Of a stretch of DNA of 64,000 nucleotides, positions 1 through 13,040 are shown piece by piece (position 1 is the first letter of the stretch; the number at the start of each line of letters is the position of its first letter). The stretch lies in the NCBI RefSeq assembly GCF_963921235.1, contig NC_086109.1, positions 36,830,001 to 36,894,000 of the forward strand. Reading direction: 5' to 3'. This DNA comes from Mobula hypostoma. Taxonomy: Eukaryota. The notes under the pieces were generated by a model. It was not told where the DNA came from, made no database searches, and saw nothing but the letters and a program-made list of their open reading frames with translations. The translations under genes and the position numbers were made by a program.

Positions 1-324
1 GTTTGACATTTTTCATCAGGTCTGCTCCTGTTGTGTATTGTTACCACCCTTGGGTGTCAGAGGATAGCATTCATCTTACAACCTAATTTCTGTCATAGTT
101 GCTACATTTCATAGATTTTACACTACATGAACAGATCATATGCCTTAATTAATCCTCATGTTTATTTCCACTTAGCCCCCTTCTACTTTATCTTACCCTT
201 CAGCACTTCTATGTGTTGTAACCATTACACGCAGAGTTCTGCATGCTTATCACTCTTTAGGCAGTACAATTTCTTCTGAATTATTTATTTGAATTATTGG
301 TTTCTAACTTACATTTATTTTAAG

Positions 325-537
325 CACAAGAGAATCTGCAGATGCTGGAAATCTAGAGCAGCACACAGAAACTGCTGGAGGAACTCAGCAGGTCAGGCAG
401 CATCAATGGAAATGACTAAACAGTTGATGTTTCGGGCTGAGACTCTTCTTCAAGGCTCAACTGGATTTCAGGTCTCAGCCCGAAAACATCGACTGTTTAT
501 TCATTTCCATAGATGCTGCTTGACTTGTTGAGTTCCT
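325..537. mobile_element. Penelope-derived fold-back element with degenerate hammerhead motif
   Basis: Family terminus (ACAAGAGAATCTGCAGATGCTGGAAATC). Inverted arms ~377-445 and ~471-537. Minus strand reads AGCC-TTGAAGA-AGAGTCTCAGCCC-GAAA-CATC-AACT. Confidence 0.75.
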
Positions 538-560
538 GGTACATTTTTGACGCTAGTTTT

Positions 561-563
561 TAT

Positions 564-610
<47 letters not shown>
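561..610. repeat. (TA)n/(CA)n compound microsatellite
   Basis: Seen directly in sequence. Confidence 0.95.
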
Positions 611-1362
611 AAAGCTTCCATTTCTTGGATGTGCAATCCATATCTGACCACCTCTCAGTGTTATTCAACCCTTTGAAATGAGCCCCAAACTATTTGGACT
701 TCGGAAAGAGTTAAACCCTCTTGTTCTGTGATCTCCTTTCCATTCCTACACAATTTGCAGAGTATCTATATCCCTGTCCTTCCATAGAGTCCTAACCTGT
801 GCATTGTATACAAATTCTATTTAATTTTATCATGACTTATTAATTAAATTCGTCTAATAACCAACTCCAATCCTTCACCTGTATTTTAGCTAAGCTATGT
901 TGTGGCTTCTAATAATTTATGAAGCTGGACTACAGGGATCTTCTGTTTCTCTAAGCATTTTCTAAAGATTAGATGCCTATCTTATTCTCTTACCAAAATG
1001 TATGACTTAAATTAGTCCTCTGTTACTTATGCATATTTTCAGAAAGATTATTGATGTTTCCTTTTAATTTTTTCACAGTCTCTCAATTTTTCCGATAATC
1101 TCTGTAGTCATCCTCAGATTTTGATACTGCTCTTCAGATTCAGATTTATTTATCACATGTACATTGAAATATACAGTTAAATGTATCCATGTTAATAACC
1201 ATCACACCCAGGGATGTGCTGGCAGCCTGCAGGTGTTGCCATACATTCTGGCATCAACATAGCATCTCTAGCTCCAAACCAAATTTGTTATAGCAAATAT
1301 TTGGCAATACTATTTACTGTGGGACATTCCTTCTTAAATTCCGTCAGGGTATCCCTCTCAAC

Positions 1363-1660
1363 AGTACACACAAAATGCTGGAGGAACTCAGCAGGCCAGG
1401 CAGCAGCTAAGGAAAAGAGAACTTTTGACATTTCAGGCTGAGGCCCTTATTCAGGACTGGAAGATTTAAAATTCTTCAGGGTAGACATCCCTCGAACAGA
1501 CTTTGCAGTGTATTAGTTCAATCACAAACAAGAGAAAATCTGTATTTGCTGGAAATCCAAGCAACACACGCAAAGTGCTGGAGGAACTCAACAGGCCAGG
1601 CAGCATCTATGGAAAGGAGTAAACAGTCAATGTTTCGGGCCAAGACGCTTCATCAGGACT
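1363..1660 (-). mobile_element. Two Penelope terminal-repeat fragments (~1363-1460 and ~1523-1660)
   Basis: Both contain the family motif TGCTGGAGGAACTCAGCAGGCCAGGCAGCA (one mismatch in the second copy) followed by the hammerhead segment. Confidence 0.75.
1625..1660 (-). ncRNA. Minimal type I hammerhead ribozyme motif (core intact)
   Basis: Reverse complement is AGTC-CTGATGA-AGCGTCTTGGCCC-GAAA-CATT-GACT: stem I AGTC/GACT, CUGANGA and GAAA boxes, NUH triplet AUU. Confidence 0.7.
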
Positions 1661-1744
1661 AGTATCCTTCTCCTTTTTTCCTGTTTTTTTTTGCTGAAGA
1701 TTCAGACTGTATCTTCACAAATCCTTACATATCACAATGCAGAA

Positions 1745-1965
1745 TGAGACCATAGGCCTATGAGGCCCACAGAACAATGACTTCAACAGCCCAGTAACTT
1801 AATTTTTCTTGCCTGCCAATTAACTTCCCTTTCAATCTTTGATGATTCTGAGGAAACTAGATTACCTGGGAGAAATACATGGTCACTGGGAAACTATACA
1901 AGCTCTACACTCTCATCACCTGAAGTCAGGATTGAACTTGGATTGCTGGTGTGAGACAGCAGCTC
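1745..1965 (-). mobile_element. Degraded HE1/V-like tRNA-derived SINE
   Basis: Weak reverse-complement similarity to the SINE at 60967-61195, with a B-box-like AGTTCAATCC on the minus strand. Confidence 0.4.
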
Positions 1966-2902
1966 AAACATCTGGATTCCCCTGATGTACAAATCCATAT
2001 GCTCCAAGGTCATTAAGCAGCGTATGATTAATTATTTTCACTAGAGGCCACACTGCATCACCAATGGGAGCATCTCTTCCTTCCTGCTCATCTGGTTCTG
2101 TAGAATCTGATTGTTTTTGAATAACAATCCACTATTCTGTGGGGATTTTGGAGGGAATATATTCTCCAAGGTGCTGAAGGCAGGTATGCAGCATTGTAAT
2201 TGTTGTTCTAAGTTACAGCCAGTCATGAATCTCATTCAGACACTTCCTGCCGCTCCACTTATCATTGAAAATATAAGCACGTTCAAATATCAAGAGTAAA
2301 TAGCCTGGTAACTACAGGTAATGCAGATTCTTCAGCCAAATCATTCACGCCCTAATTTGAATCATTGATAAGTAGTTTTCTGGGCTTTAAGCTGGAAAAT
2401 AGTTATCTTACTTTTAATATAAAATAATTTACTAAGTGTAAAAGCTAAAATATTTTAAAATTTAATCAGCCATCAAAGCAGGTAGTTTTTTCAATTTTAA
2501 TATGTAAATATTTCCATAGGTAGGAGACAAAGAGAGTTAAAATGATTCATTTAAATTAATTCAGGTTTATTACATTCAAAAAAACTAGCACAGGAATTTA
2601 ATTAAAGTACACGATCTTATTTATATGACATACAAATGAACTGCAGTGTAAAATTACCCACTAAATCTAATCAGGTTAAGGAATGAGCTTGGATTACGTT
2701 CCAACTATTGTCACGGGAAGAAATTACTTGGTGGATAGCGGAAAGTCTTCATGGGCATTCGTAAAGTCACGTTGACAGCTGTAATTTACCCACGAAGTCC
2801 AATTAACTTCTGGACCATAATATATAGGTGAAAAAATTGGCATGACATTGAAAATATAGATTCTTTGAATTGAGAGCATGAGGAAGTCCATGGAAACAGT
2901 AA

Positions 2903-4690
2903 AAGTTCAAAGTACATATATTATCAAATATACATACAACCCTGAGATTTGTTTCTTACGCACTTATCAGCAGATCCAAGAAACACAGAATCAATGAAGG
3001 ACTGTACCCAGTAGGATGGACAAACAACCAGTGTGTAAGAGACACCAAACCATGCAAATAGAAGAGGAAAAAACAAATAATAATAATAAATAAATAAGCA
3101 ATAAATAGTGAGAGCATAAGATGAAGGGTCCTTGAAAGTAAGTCCATAGATTGTGGGAAGAGGTCAGTACAGTAATGGGGTGAGTGAAGTTGAGTAAAGT
3201 TATCCACACTGGTTCAAGAGGCTGATGGTTGAGGGGTAATAGCTTTTATTGAACCTGGTGGTATGTTTCTGAGGCTCGTGTACCTTCTTTCTAATAGACC
3301 ATAAGACATAGGAGCAGAATTAGGTCATCTGGCCAATCGAGTCTGCTCTGCCATTTAATCATGACTGATCCTCTTTTTTCCCTCCTCCTCAACCGCAGTT
3401 CCTGGCCTTCTCCCCGTAACCTTTGATGCCATGTCCAATCAAGAAACTATCAATCTCTGCCTTAAATACACTCAACGACCTGGCCTCCACAGACGGATAT
3501 AGCAACAAATTCCACAAATTCACCATCATTTGGCTAAAGAAATTTCTTCGCATCTCTGTTTTGAAAGGACACCCCTCTATCCTGAGGCTGTGCCCTCTTG
3601 TCCTAGACTCTTCCACCATGGGAAACATCCTTTCCACATCTACTCTGTAAACACCTTTCAACATTTGAAAAGTTTCAATGAGATCCCATCCCCCACTTCA
3701 TCCTTCTGAAATCCAATGAGTACAGACCCAGAACCATCAAACTTTTCTCATATGATAACCCTTTCATACCTGGAATCATCCTTGTGAACCTCCTCTGGAT
3801 CCTCTCCAATGCCAGCACATCTTCATTAAGATGAGGGGCCCAATACTGTTCACAATACTCAAGGTGAAGCCTCACCAGTGGCCTATAAAGCCTCAGCATC
3901 ACATCTAATGTAATAGCAGCAGTCAGAAGAGAATATAACTTGGGTGACGAGAGTCCCTGATGATGACTGCTGCTTTCCTACGACAGTGTGCTATGTAGAT
4001 GTGCTCAGTGATGGGGAGGGCTTAACCCATAATGGACTGGGAAATATCCACTACTTTTTGCAGGATTTTCTGTTCAGGGGCATTGGTGTTTCCATACTAG
4101 GCCATGTTGTAACCAGTCAATACACTCTCCACCATACATCTACAGAAGTTTGTCAAAATTTTACATGTGTGCCAAATCTATGCAAACTTCTATGGAAGCA
4201 TGCCACACTTTCTTCATAATTGTACTTTTGTGCTGGGCCCAGGACAGATCCTCTGAAATGATAATACCAAGGAATTTAAAGTTGCTGATTCTCTCCAGCT
4301 CTGATCCCCTGATGAGAGATCAGTCATGGACGTCCTGTTTCCTCCTTCGGAAGTCAATAATCAGCTCTTTGCTCTTGCTGACAAAGAGTGGGAGGTTATT
4401 GTCGTAGCACCACTCTGCCAGATTTTCAATCTCCCTCCAATCTGCTGATTCATCACCACCTTTGATTTAGCCAAATGCGGTGGTGTCGTCAACAAACTTA
4501 AATATGGCGTAGCAACAGCGCTTAGCCTCACGGTCATGAGTATAAAACAAGTAGATCAGGGGGCTATGAACACAGCCTTGTGATGCACCTGTGCTGATGG
4601 AAATTGTAGAGAAGATTTTATAGCCTTTCTGGATTGACTGGAGTCTGCCAGTGAGGAAATGGAGGATTCCATGCACAAGGGGGCTTTGAC
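2903..4690 (-). mobile_element. Rex1/Babar-like LINE 3' part, interrupted by a CR1
   Basis: RT motif ISISTGASQGCVHSPLIY..AIFKFVDDTT (ORF 4467-4694). 3' tail TACTTTGAACTTT on the minus strand near 2903. Confidence 0.85.
3296..3905 (-). mobile_element. CR1 LINE 3' fragment
   Basis: ORF2 C-terminus LVRLHLEYCEQYWAP..RRFTRMIPG..TRGHSLRI..FFSQ..VNLWNLL. Tail CCTATGTCTTATGGTCT. Confidence 0.93.
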
Positions 4691-4739
4691 ACACAAACTG
4701 TGCAGAGAATTATTTTTGTATTAGCTAACCAAGTGCTGG

Positions 4740-4938
4740 GTAGGCTGGTGGTGTAGTGGCATCCACAATGGACTTTGAGGCAAGTGGTCCCAGGTCCTTG
4801 CATGCTTTCCATCCTTGCTGGGTTGCACATCGAGATAGCAACTTAGCCTCATAAAAAAAACAAAAGTGCTAAAGAAATGTCAAAGGTTGCCAACCAATGC
4901 GCCACAAGGCACGGAAAGGAATAAGAAGAAGATGAAGA
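4740..4938 (+). mobile_element. tRNA-derived SINE with (GAA)n tail
   Basis: A-box-like TGGTGTAGTGG and a 9-bp TSD AAGTGCTGG (4731-4739, 4939-4947). Body resembles the SINE at 53851. Confidence 0.75.
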
Positions 4939-5562
4939 AAGTGCTGGATGCCACCGAAGATTACAGGATGATTGAAGACAGATCAAGAAGTTATCATCAA
5001 GGAAGGTCAGCATCAGGCATCTTAAAGACTGCATGAGAAGTAAAGGTGGAGATGGATAAACAAAACTTCATAGTTTTGAAACCTAGAGAATAGCATGCCT
5101 TTCATACCACTTCAAGTAGGTAGGCAAGGTTAATAAAAAACATTACTAATGCTTGGAAGATGAAAAAGCAAATGGCAACATTACAAATAGTTAAATATTT
5201 CAACACTGAATTTCTTGTTCATTTTGGGTTTATGACTTCATGCTAATTCAATGCTAATTTTAATCAGAGCTTTTGGTTAGTTGCTCAGGGCACAAGGATA
5301 TTTAGGGAAACACTAAGCTGAAGCAGCAAGAAATCTCCTACAAACTACCTTGAACATTTAGCTCCTGTCAATGTTTATCTTTTTTCTTTCTCAAACTTCA
5401 GCTCTCAGTACTTGCAATTTTCCTTTTGCTGGCAACTAATCAACCATTCTCTGGAGGAGTAGGAGTTCTCCACTAAAATATCGACATGGAACTATTGGGG
5501 TAGGTCACACCAAGGGACTTGAAGTGTTCAACCCTCTCGGCTTCAGTACTGTTAGACCTAAA

Positions 5563-7440
5563 GACCATAAGACATAGGAGCAGATTTAGGAAGTCTGCTT
5601 CCTCGTGCAATCATGACTGATCCTTTTTTTCCCTCCTCAGTCCTACTCCCCAGCCTTCTCCCGGTAACTTTTGATGCCGTGTCCAATCAAGAATCTATCA
5701 AGCTCTACCTTAAATATACCCAATGACCTGGCCTCCAGATCTGCCTGTGGTAATAAATTCCACAAGTTCACTGCACTTTGGTTAAAGAAATTTCTCCTTA
5801 TCTCTGTTTTAACTAGATGCCCTCTACCCTGAAGCTGTGCCTCTTGTCCCAGACTCATCCTTTCCGCATCAACTCTGTCTTGGCCTTTCAACATTCGAAA
5901 GGTTTTAATGAGCTCCCCCTCATCCTTCTAAATCTCAGTGAGTACAGACCTAGAGCTATGAAGCATTCCTCATATGATAACCCTTTCATTCCCCGAAATC
6001 ATTCGCTGTTGACATGAACAGGGGCATGTGCATCACACCCCTCCCCATATTCAAAGTCTGGCTCTTTTGCTTTGCGACAACCACTCTTTGCCTTCAGTGG
6101 GCAAGCCAATTCTGGATCCACGTAGCAAGGTCCCCTTGGATCCCATGCCTCTTTACTTTCTCAATAAGCCTTGCATGGGATACCTTATCAAATGCCTTGC
6201 TTAAATCCATATAGACTGCATCTACTGCTCTACCTTCATCAATGTGTTGAGTCACATCCTCAAAAAATTTCTGACTATTCCTAATCATATTATGCCTCTC
6301 CAGATGTTCATAAATCCTGCCTTTCAGGATCTTTTCCATCATCTTATCAACTCCTGAAGTAGGACTCACTGGTCTATAGTTTCTTGAACTATCTCTACTC
6401 CCGTTCCTTAAATAAAGGAACAACATTTGCAACCCTCTAATCCTCTGGAGCCTCTCCCGTCCTCACTGATAATGCAAAGATCATTGCCAGAGGCTCAGCA
6501 ATCTCCTTCCTCGCCTCCCACAGTAGCCTGGCGTATATCTCATCCAGTCCCAGAGACTTATCCAGCTTGATGCTTTCCAAAATCTCTAGCACATCCTGTT
6601 TCTTAATGTCTATATGCTGAAGCATTTCAGTCTGCTGTAAATCATCCCTACAATCACCAAGGTCTTTTTTTGTAGTGAATACTGAAGCAAGGTATTCATT
6701 AAGTACCTCTGCCATGTCCTCCAGTTCCGTGCACATTTTTCCATTGTCACACTTGATTGGTCCTGTTTTCTTATGTCTTATCCTTTTGCTCTTCACATAC
6801 TTGTAGAATGCCTTGGGGTTTTAATCCTGCTTGCCTAGGCCTTCTCATGGCCCCTTCTGGCTCTCCAAATTTCATTCTTAAGCTCCTTCCTGTTTGCCTT
6901 ATAATTTTCTAGATCTCTATCATTACCTAGCTTTTTGAACCTTTCTTAAGCTTTTCTTTTTTTCTTGACCAGATTTTCAACAGTCCTTGTATACCACGGT
7001 TACTGTACCATTCCATCCTTTCCCTGTCTCATCGGAATGTACCTATGCAGAACGTCTCGCAAATATCCCCTGAACATTTGCCATATTTCTTCCATACATT
7101 TCCCTGAGAACATCTGTTCCCAATTTTTACTTCCAAGTTCTGGCCTGATAGCTTCATATTTCCCCTTAATCCAATTAAACACTTTCCTAATTTGTCTGTT
7201 CCTCTCTCTGCCCAATGTTATGGTAAAGGAGATAAAATTATGATCACTTTCTCCAAAATGCTCTCCCACTGAAAGACCCGACACCTGACCAGACCCATTT
7301 CCCAATACCAGATCAAGTATAGCCTCTCCTCTTGTAGGCTTATCTATATATTGTGTTAGGAAACCTTCCTGAACACAGCTAACAAATTGCACCTTATCTA
7401 AACCCCTTGCTCTAGGGAGATGCCAATCAATATTCAGTAA
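5563..7440 (-). mobile_element. CR1 LINE ORF2 remnant with internal deletions
   Basis: PTRGEAILDLVLGN, NYRPVSPTS, VDAVYMDLSKAFDKVSH motifs, CR1 C-terminus and tail; frameshifted. Confidence 0.92.
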
Positions 7441-7499
7441 CTCCATGTTACTGATGCCCACCACACTATCCACAGTCATTATACTGCATAGCTAGATTC

Positions 7500-8345
7500 T
7501 ACCTTAACTCCATGTACCAGATTGCAGATGGTACCACTGTGTCGTTAAGATATGGCCCTCTATACTCTTGTGGGGCATTGGTGTTAAGAAAAACGATGGT
7601 AGACGTATTGTTGCCTATCCATACTGATTGTAATCTGTTGGTCAGAAAGTCAAGGACTCTGTTGGAAAGGGAAATGCTGAGTCCCAGGTCTAAGAGCTTG
7701 GAAATGAGCTTGTCTGGAATTATAGAATTGAGGCTGTAGTCAATAAACAATAGCCTAACATAGATGTCTTTACTGTACCAATGGTCCAGAGATACGTGTA
7801 GAGCCAGAGACATAGCATCTACCTGTCTCAGTGCTAGGTGAATTGTAGTGGATCAAAGTTACCTGGGAGGTTGGAGTTAATTTGTGCCATGACCAACCTC
7901 TTAAAGCATTTCATGAAGGTGGATATATAGTATGAGCCAACAGGAGATAATCATGAAGGTGGATATACAATATGAGCCAATAGGAAGTAGTCATGAAGGT
8001 GGATATAGAGTATGAGCCAATAGGAAGTAGTCATGAAGGTGGATATAGAGTATGAGCCAATAGGAAGTAGTCATGAAGGTGGATATAGAGTATGAGCCAA
8101 CAGGAGATAATCATGAAGGTGGATATACAATATAAGCCAATAGGAGGTAGTCATGAAGGTGGATATACAGTATGAGCCAATAGGAGGTAGTCATGAAGGT
8201 GGATATACAATATGAGCCAATAGGAGGTAGTCATGAAGGTGGATATACAGTATGAGCCAATAGGAGGTAGTCATGAAGGTGGATATACAGTATGAGCCAA
8301 TAGGAGGTAGTCATGAAGGCATGTTACTTTGTTTTTCTTTGATAT
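7500..8345 (-). mobile_element. Rex1/Babar-like RT fragment containing a minisatellite
   Basis: YVRLLFIDYS..IIPDKLISKLLDLGL..LDFLTNR..LNTNAPQ. Confidence 0.85.
7911..8319. repeat. 40-bp minisatellite, 10 full units plus a partial unit
   Basis: Unit TCATGAAGGTGGATATACAGTATGAGCCAATAGGAGGTAG starts every 40 nt from 7911 to 8311. Confidence 0.98.
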
Positions 8346-9284
8346 TGAGATGATGGCCGTCACTGGAATAGTAAGTGAAAGTCAAAGACATACTGGTTGG
8401 TCAGTTAATTGGTCATTGTTATTTGCCCGTGATTAAGCTAGGGTTAAATTGAGGGTTGCTGAGTGGCACGGCTTGAAGGGTCAGAACAGTCTGTTCCACA
8501 CTGACATCGCAATAAATAAATAAATAGATAGATAGATAAATAAACCAGAGGCGGCATCGATTGAACAATGAATATCGTTTGCATTTCAGGTCAGAACTGG
8601 GGAAGAGAGAAAACAAATTAGTTTTAAGCTGCAATCAATGGGATGAAGAGATGGATCTGATAACCGAAATGGCTCTGTGTCCACAGCTGCCTTGAAGGAA
8701 AGTTGTAGTGTAGAGATCACTGAGATATATATCAGTTCAAAAACTAAACAAAAGCAATGAAATGAGGGCAGTCAGAGAGTGCTATTACAAGCTAAGGGAA
8801 GTCAGTGCTGAAAAGTTCAGATTGTAGATTATATCCCACATGTCAGGAACTATTTGCAGGAGTAGAACTGTGCCAGTGTACCTGATGGATGGATGAGCTG
8901 AACAAATAGGCAGGAAATGTCAGTTACCCAACATGTAGAAGATTCTAGAAGACTTCAACATTCCCACATGCAAGATGAGCTGCTATTCCTCAGTCTGATG
9001 TTAGGCCTCATTATAGCAAAGCAGGAGACCACAGAAAGATAGGGCAGAATAAACACAGTAGGCATCAGAGAACTCTGAGTCCCTCCTGCAGATTGAAAAC
9101 AGGTGGTTTGCAAGGTGTTTACTCTATTTGTGCTGGGCTTCCAGTTTAAGGTGATGCTAGTGAAGCCCAGCGACTACTTATTCATGGCAAACAAATCAAA
9201 GAATGTAACTAAATACTTTATTAATAACACTTTTTTTCTGATAGAGTTTCTGGTAAATGATTACCACAAACAATGGAGAGGTGA

Positions 9285-9852
9285 GCAGAGATGAGGCAGA
9301 GTCAAGGTGAAGCTGAGGCAGGATTGAAGCACGTCCACCAAACTAAGAGTGAGGAACGATGACCTGAGGTTTGATTGATCTAAACACCAGGTCAACTTGG
9401 AATGGTCACATATGGGCCAAAATGTTTTGGCGGGATCCAGGCTCAGAGCTTATCGAAGTGAGAGGACCCTAGCCATAGAGTGAGGGATGACTCAATGTTT
9501 GGACAATTTAAACACCAGGCCAATTTAAACAAGGCAGGGTGTTGGGACCAAAAGCAAGTTTCAAGCTGGTTCAACTCATTGGTCCACATTGTTTACTCGC
9601 CTCTGCACTGAACTGCGGTTGTGGCCTGCTTGTTCCAGCTGCTCTGGGCTTCATGGCAATGGACTCACTTTCATTCTGGATGCTATTTGATTACTTTTAT
9701 TGTTTGCATGATTTGTTTTCTTTCTCTCTCTCTGCTCACTGCTCTCTCTTTTTTCACGTGTTATTTTGTGTTTTGTGGCTGCCTGTAAGGAGACAAGTCT
9801 CAAAGTTGTATAATGTATACAATCTTTGATAATAAATGTATTTTGAACTTTG
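9285..9852 (+). mobile_element. Non-autonomous retroelement with Rex1-type 3' tail
   Basis: Ends in GATAATAAATGTATTTTGAACTTTG, the tail type of several Rex1-like copies in the window. No RT motif; 5' boundary uncertain. Confidence 0.5.
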
Positions 9853-10221
9853 TTATTTGTTTCTCCATTGTAGAGGAAACCAATATTGTGAAAACCGGAT
9901 GCCATATACTAGATTGGAAGATGTGTAAGAGAAATGCTGCTTTACTGTTTCTGTCCCTGGATGGTGAAAGGAGGTATATTGCATCTCTGGCAACTGCATG
10001 GGATAGTGCCCCAATGTTGGTAGTAATTGTAATGAACAAAAGAAGGGAGAAGACAATTACAAAGGGAATGGTCCATTTGAAGTGCTGAAAGATGGGGGAA
10101 GCAAAAATGTATCTGGTGATGGAATGTTGTCGAAGATTCCAGACATTCTATAGGAAGCTTGAACAAGATTCTACCATCAGGTGTATTCCTTCCCTTCATG
10201 CTTTACTTACATTTTTATTTG

Positions 10222-10350
10222 AGACCATAAGACTATAAAGACATAGGAGCAGAATAAGGCCGTCTGGCCCATTGAGTCTGCTCTTCCATTTAATCATGGC
10301 TGATCCTTTCTTCCCCTCCTCAGCCCCATTCCCCAGCGTTCTCCCCAGAT
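10222..10350 (-). mobile_element. CR1 3'-end fragment
   Basis: AGACCATAAGAC..ATAGGAGCAGAAT..GGCC..ATCATGGCTGATC, as at 3296. Confidence 0.85.
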
Positions 10351-10699
10351 CCGGTATATGAACTTTATGGTGAAAAGCAAAGCAATATTATCAACAATCA
10401 ATGAATTACCAGTCATCTCAGGATCTGGACAGTGAAGCCAACACTTCCAACGGACCTCCCACAAAGCTAGCCAGTCAGAATCTTCTACTGCTAATCTGTT
10501 CATCCAACCAGATTATGACATCTAATCAATATCCATTTGGACCCCAGAGTATATAAGCCAGCACTCGGAGGAGGCAATAGTTCGTTGGCCTGTTTCTCTT
10601 TCCAAAGATGTTGCCTGACTTCTTGAGAGTTTCCAGTATTCTTTTATTATTTTTAAAGAACTGCACCAAATTCAGCAACTCCTTATATTCCTAGAACTA

Positions 10700-12615
10700 T
10701 TTATCATGTACTTCATCCAGAAGTGCATCGACAATATTGTCCCCCAGATGTCGGTCAGGGTCTTCCCAAAGCAGAAACCCTGGATCAATAGTTCCGTGCG
10801 AGCAGCACTTACCATGCCACACAGAGCTTACATTGCCAGCAATCAGCAGGAGCTCAACATAAGTAGCTATGATCTGTGCAAAGCTATCAAGGCTACAAAA
10901 CAACAATACAGGGATAATATTGAGTCCAGATTCACAATGAATAGCACACCTAACTTGTGGCGAGGGTTGCATACCATCGCAGACTTCAAAGCCCATGTAG
11001 AGGTGCCTCCAACATCGCGGCCTCTCTCCCAGATGAGCTCAATCACTTTTACACTCGGTTCAATGTCAGTAACTCTGAGCCTCCGAGGAAAGCCACCATT
11101 ACAACCTGCAACCTGGTCATCTCTGAGGCTGAGGTACGTGGTTATTTCCAATGAGTGGACAGTCGCATGGCAGCAGGACTGGACGGCATCTCAGGCCACG
11201 TACTCAGGATGTGTACAGCACAACTGGCAGGTGTGTTTGTTGACATTTTAAATCTCTCCCTCTCCCAGTGTAGAATGCCCTCCTGCTTCAAATTATCCAC
11301 CATTGTCCTTGTACCAAATAAGACCAAGGTAACATGCCTGAGCGACTGGCGTCCTGTCGCACTCACCTCAATAATAAACAAATGCTTGGAGAGGCTGGTA
11401 AAGGATTACATCTGCAGCATGCTACCACCCAAACTGGACCCCCTACAATTCACCAGCCGACACAACAGAGCGACAGACAATGCAATAGCCACTGCTCTAC
11501 ATACTGTCCTTACACATCAGGAGACGAAGGATGCTTATGTGAGAATGCTGTTCTTGGACTTATGGTGTTGGCATTCAACACTATAATTCCATCCAGGTTC
11601 AACAGAAAGTTCAGGACCTCAGCCTTGACCCTGCCTTTACAGTTGGATCCAGGACTTCCTGTCAGATCACCGGCAGGTGGTAAGGGTGGGCTCCCTCACC
11701 TCCACCCCTCTGATTCTCAACACAGGAGCCCCTCGGGTCTATGTCGTAAGCCACCCCCTTTACTCTCGATATACCCATGACAATGTCGCCACCTGCAGTT
11801 CTAATCTGCTAATTAAATTTGCTGACAACACTACACTGATTGGCCTAATCTCAAACAATAATGAGGTGGCCTATAGGGAAGAAGTCATCTCTCTGACACA
11901 GTGGTGTCAAGGAAACAACCTTTCCCTCAATGTTGCAAAAACAAAGGAGCTGGTTGTGGATTACAGGAGGAATGGAGACAGGCATCAATAGATCTGGGGT
12001 TGAGAGGGTAAACAGCTTTAAGTTCCTCAGCATCCACATCACTGAGGACCTCATGTGGTCTGTACACACCAGCTGCGTGGTGAAAAAGGCACAACAGTGC
12101 CTCTTTCTCTTGAGATGGTTGAGAAAGTTTGGTATGGGCCCCCAAATCCTAAGAACTTTCTACAGGGGCGCAATTGAGAGCATCCTGGCTGACTGCATCA
12201 CTGCCTGGTATAGGAACTGTGCCTCTCTTAATCGCAGGATTTTGCAGAGAATGGTGCGGTCTGCCCAGCCCATGATTCACGACATTTACAAACACAGGCA
12301 TGAGAAAAGGGCCCGAAGGAACACCAGGGACCTGAGTCACCACAACCACAATCTATTCCAGTTGCTACCATCTGGGAAATGGTATCGCAGCATAAAATCC
12401 AGCACCAACAGGCTCTGGGGCAGCTTCTTCCACCAAGCCATCAGACTGATTAACTCATGCTGATCTGAGTGTACTTCCATGTTACATGGACTGTTCTATC
12501 TATTATAAATTATTATAAATTACTATGATTGCACATTGCACATTTAGACGGAGATGTAACAAAGATTTTTACTCCTCATTAATGTAAAGAACATAAAAAT
12601 AAAGTCAATCCAATG
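10700..12615 (+). mobile_element. Rex1/Babar-like LINE, 5'-truncated, frameshifted RT
   Basis: QKPWINSSVR, DWRPVALTSIINKCLERLV, LDPLQF, LNTGAP, IKFADNTT, SLNVAKTKELVVDYRR. AATAAA plus short tail near 12600. Confidence 0.93.
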
Positions 12616-12621
12616 ATGATA

Positions 12622-13040
12622 TATTAGGTACACCTGCTCACTCATGCAAATATCTAATTAACCAATCATGTGGCAGCAGCTCAATGCCTACAACATGCAG
12701 AATCAGACCAAACATCAAAATGGAGAAAAATGTGATCTAAGTGGCTTTGACTGTAGAGTGATTGTTGGTGCCTGACAGGGTGACTTGAGTATCTCAGAAC
12801 CTGCTGATCTCCTGGATTTTTTCACACACAATTGTCTGTAGAGCTTAAAGAAAATGATGCAAGAAATAAAAAACATTCACTGAGGGACTGTCTGTGGAAA
12901 AATGCCTTGTGAATGTGAGAGGTCAGAGGAGAATGGCCAGTGTGGTTCAAGCTAACATTAAACCTTGAAGTGATGAACTACAGAAGCAGAAGACCAGAAG
13001 ACCACACCAGGTTCCACTCCTGTATATTATGAAGTGTATT
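12622..13040 (+). mobile_element. Tc1/mariner internally deleted derivative
   Basis: Degraded transposase N-terminus (MEKKCDLSGFD..VIVGA..LSISEPADLL), homologous to 54146-54959. Confidence 0.8.

Noticed and set aside
7911..8319. CRISPR-like regular array
   Set aside because: Units are contiguous with no unique spacers, there are no cas genes, and the context is a eukaryotic LINE.
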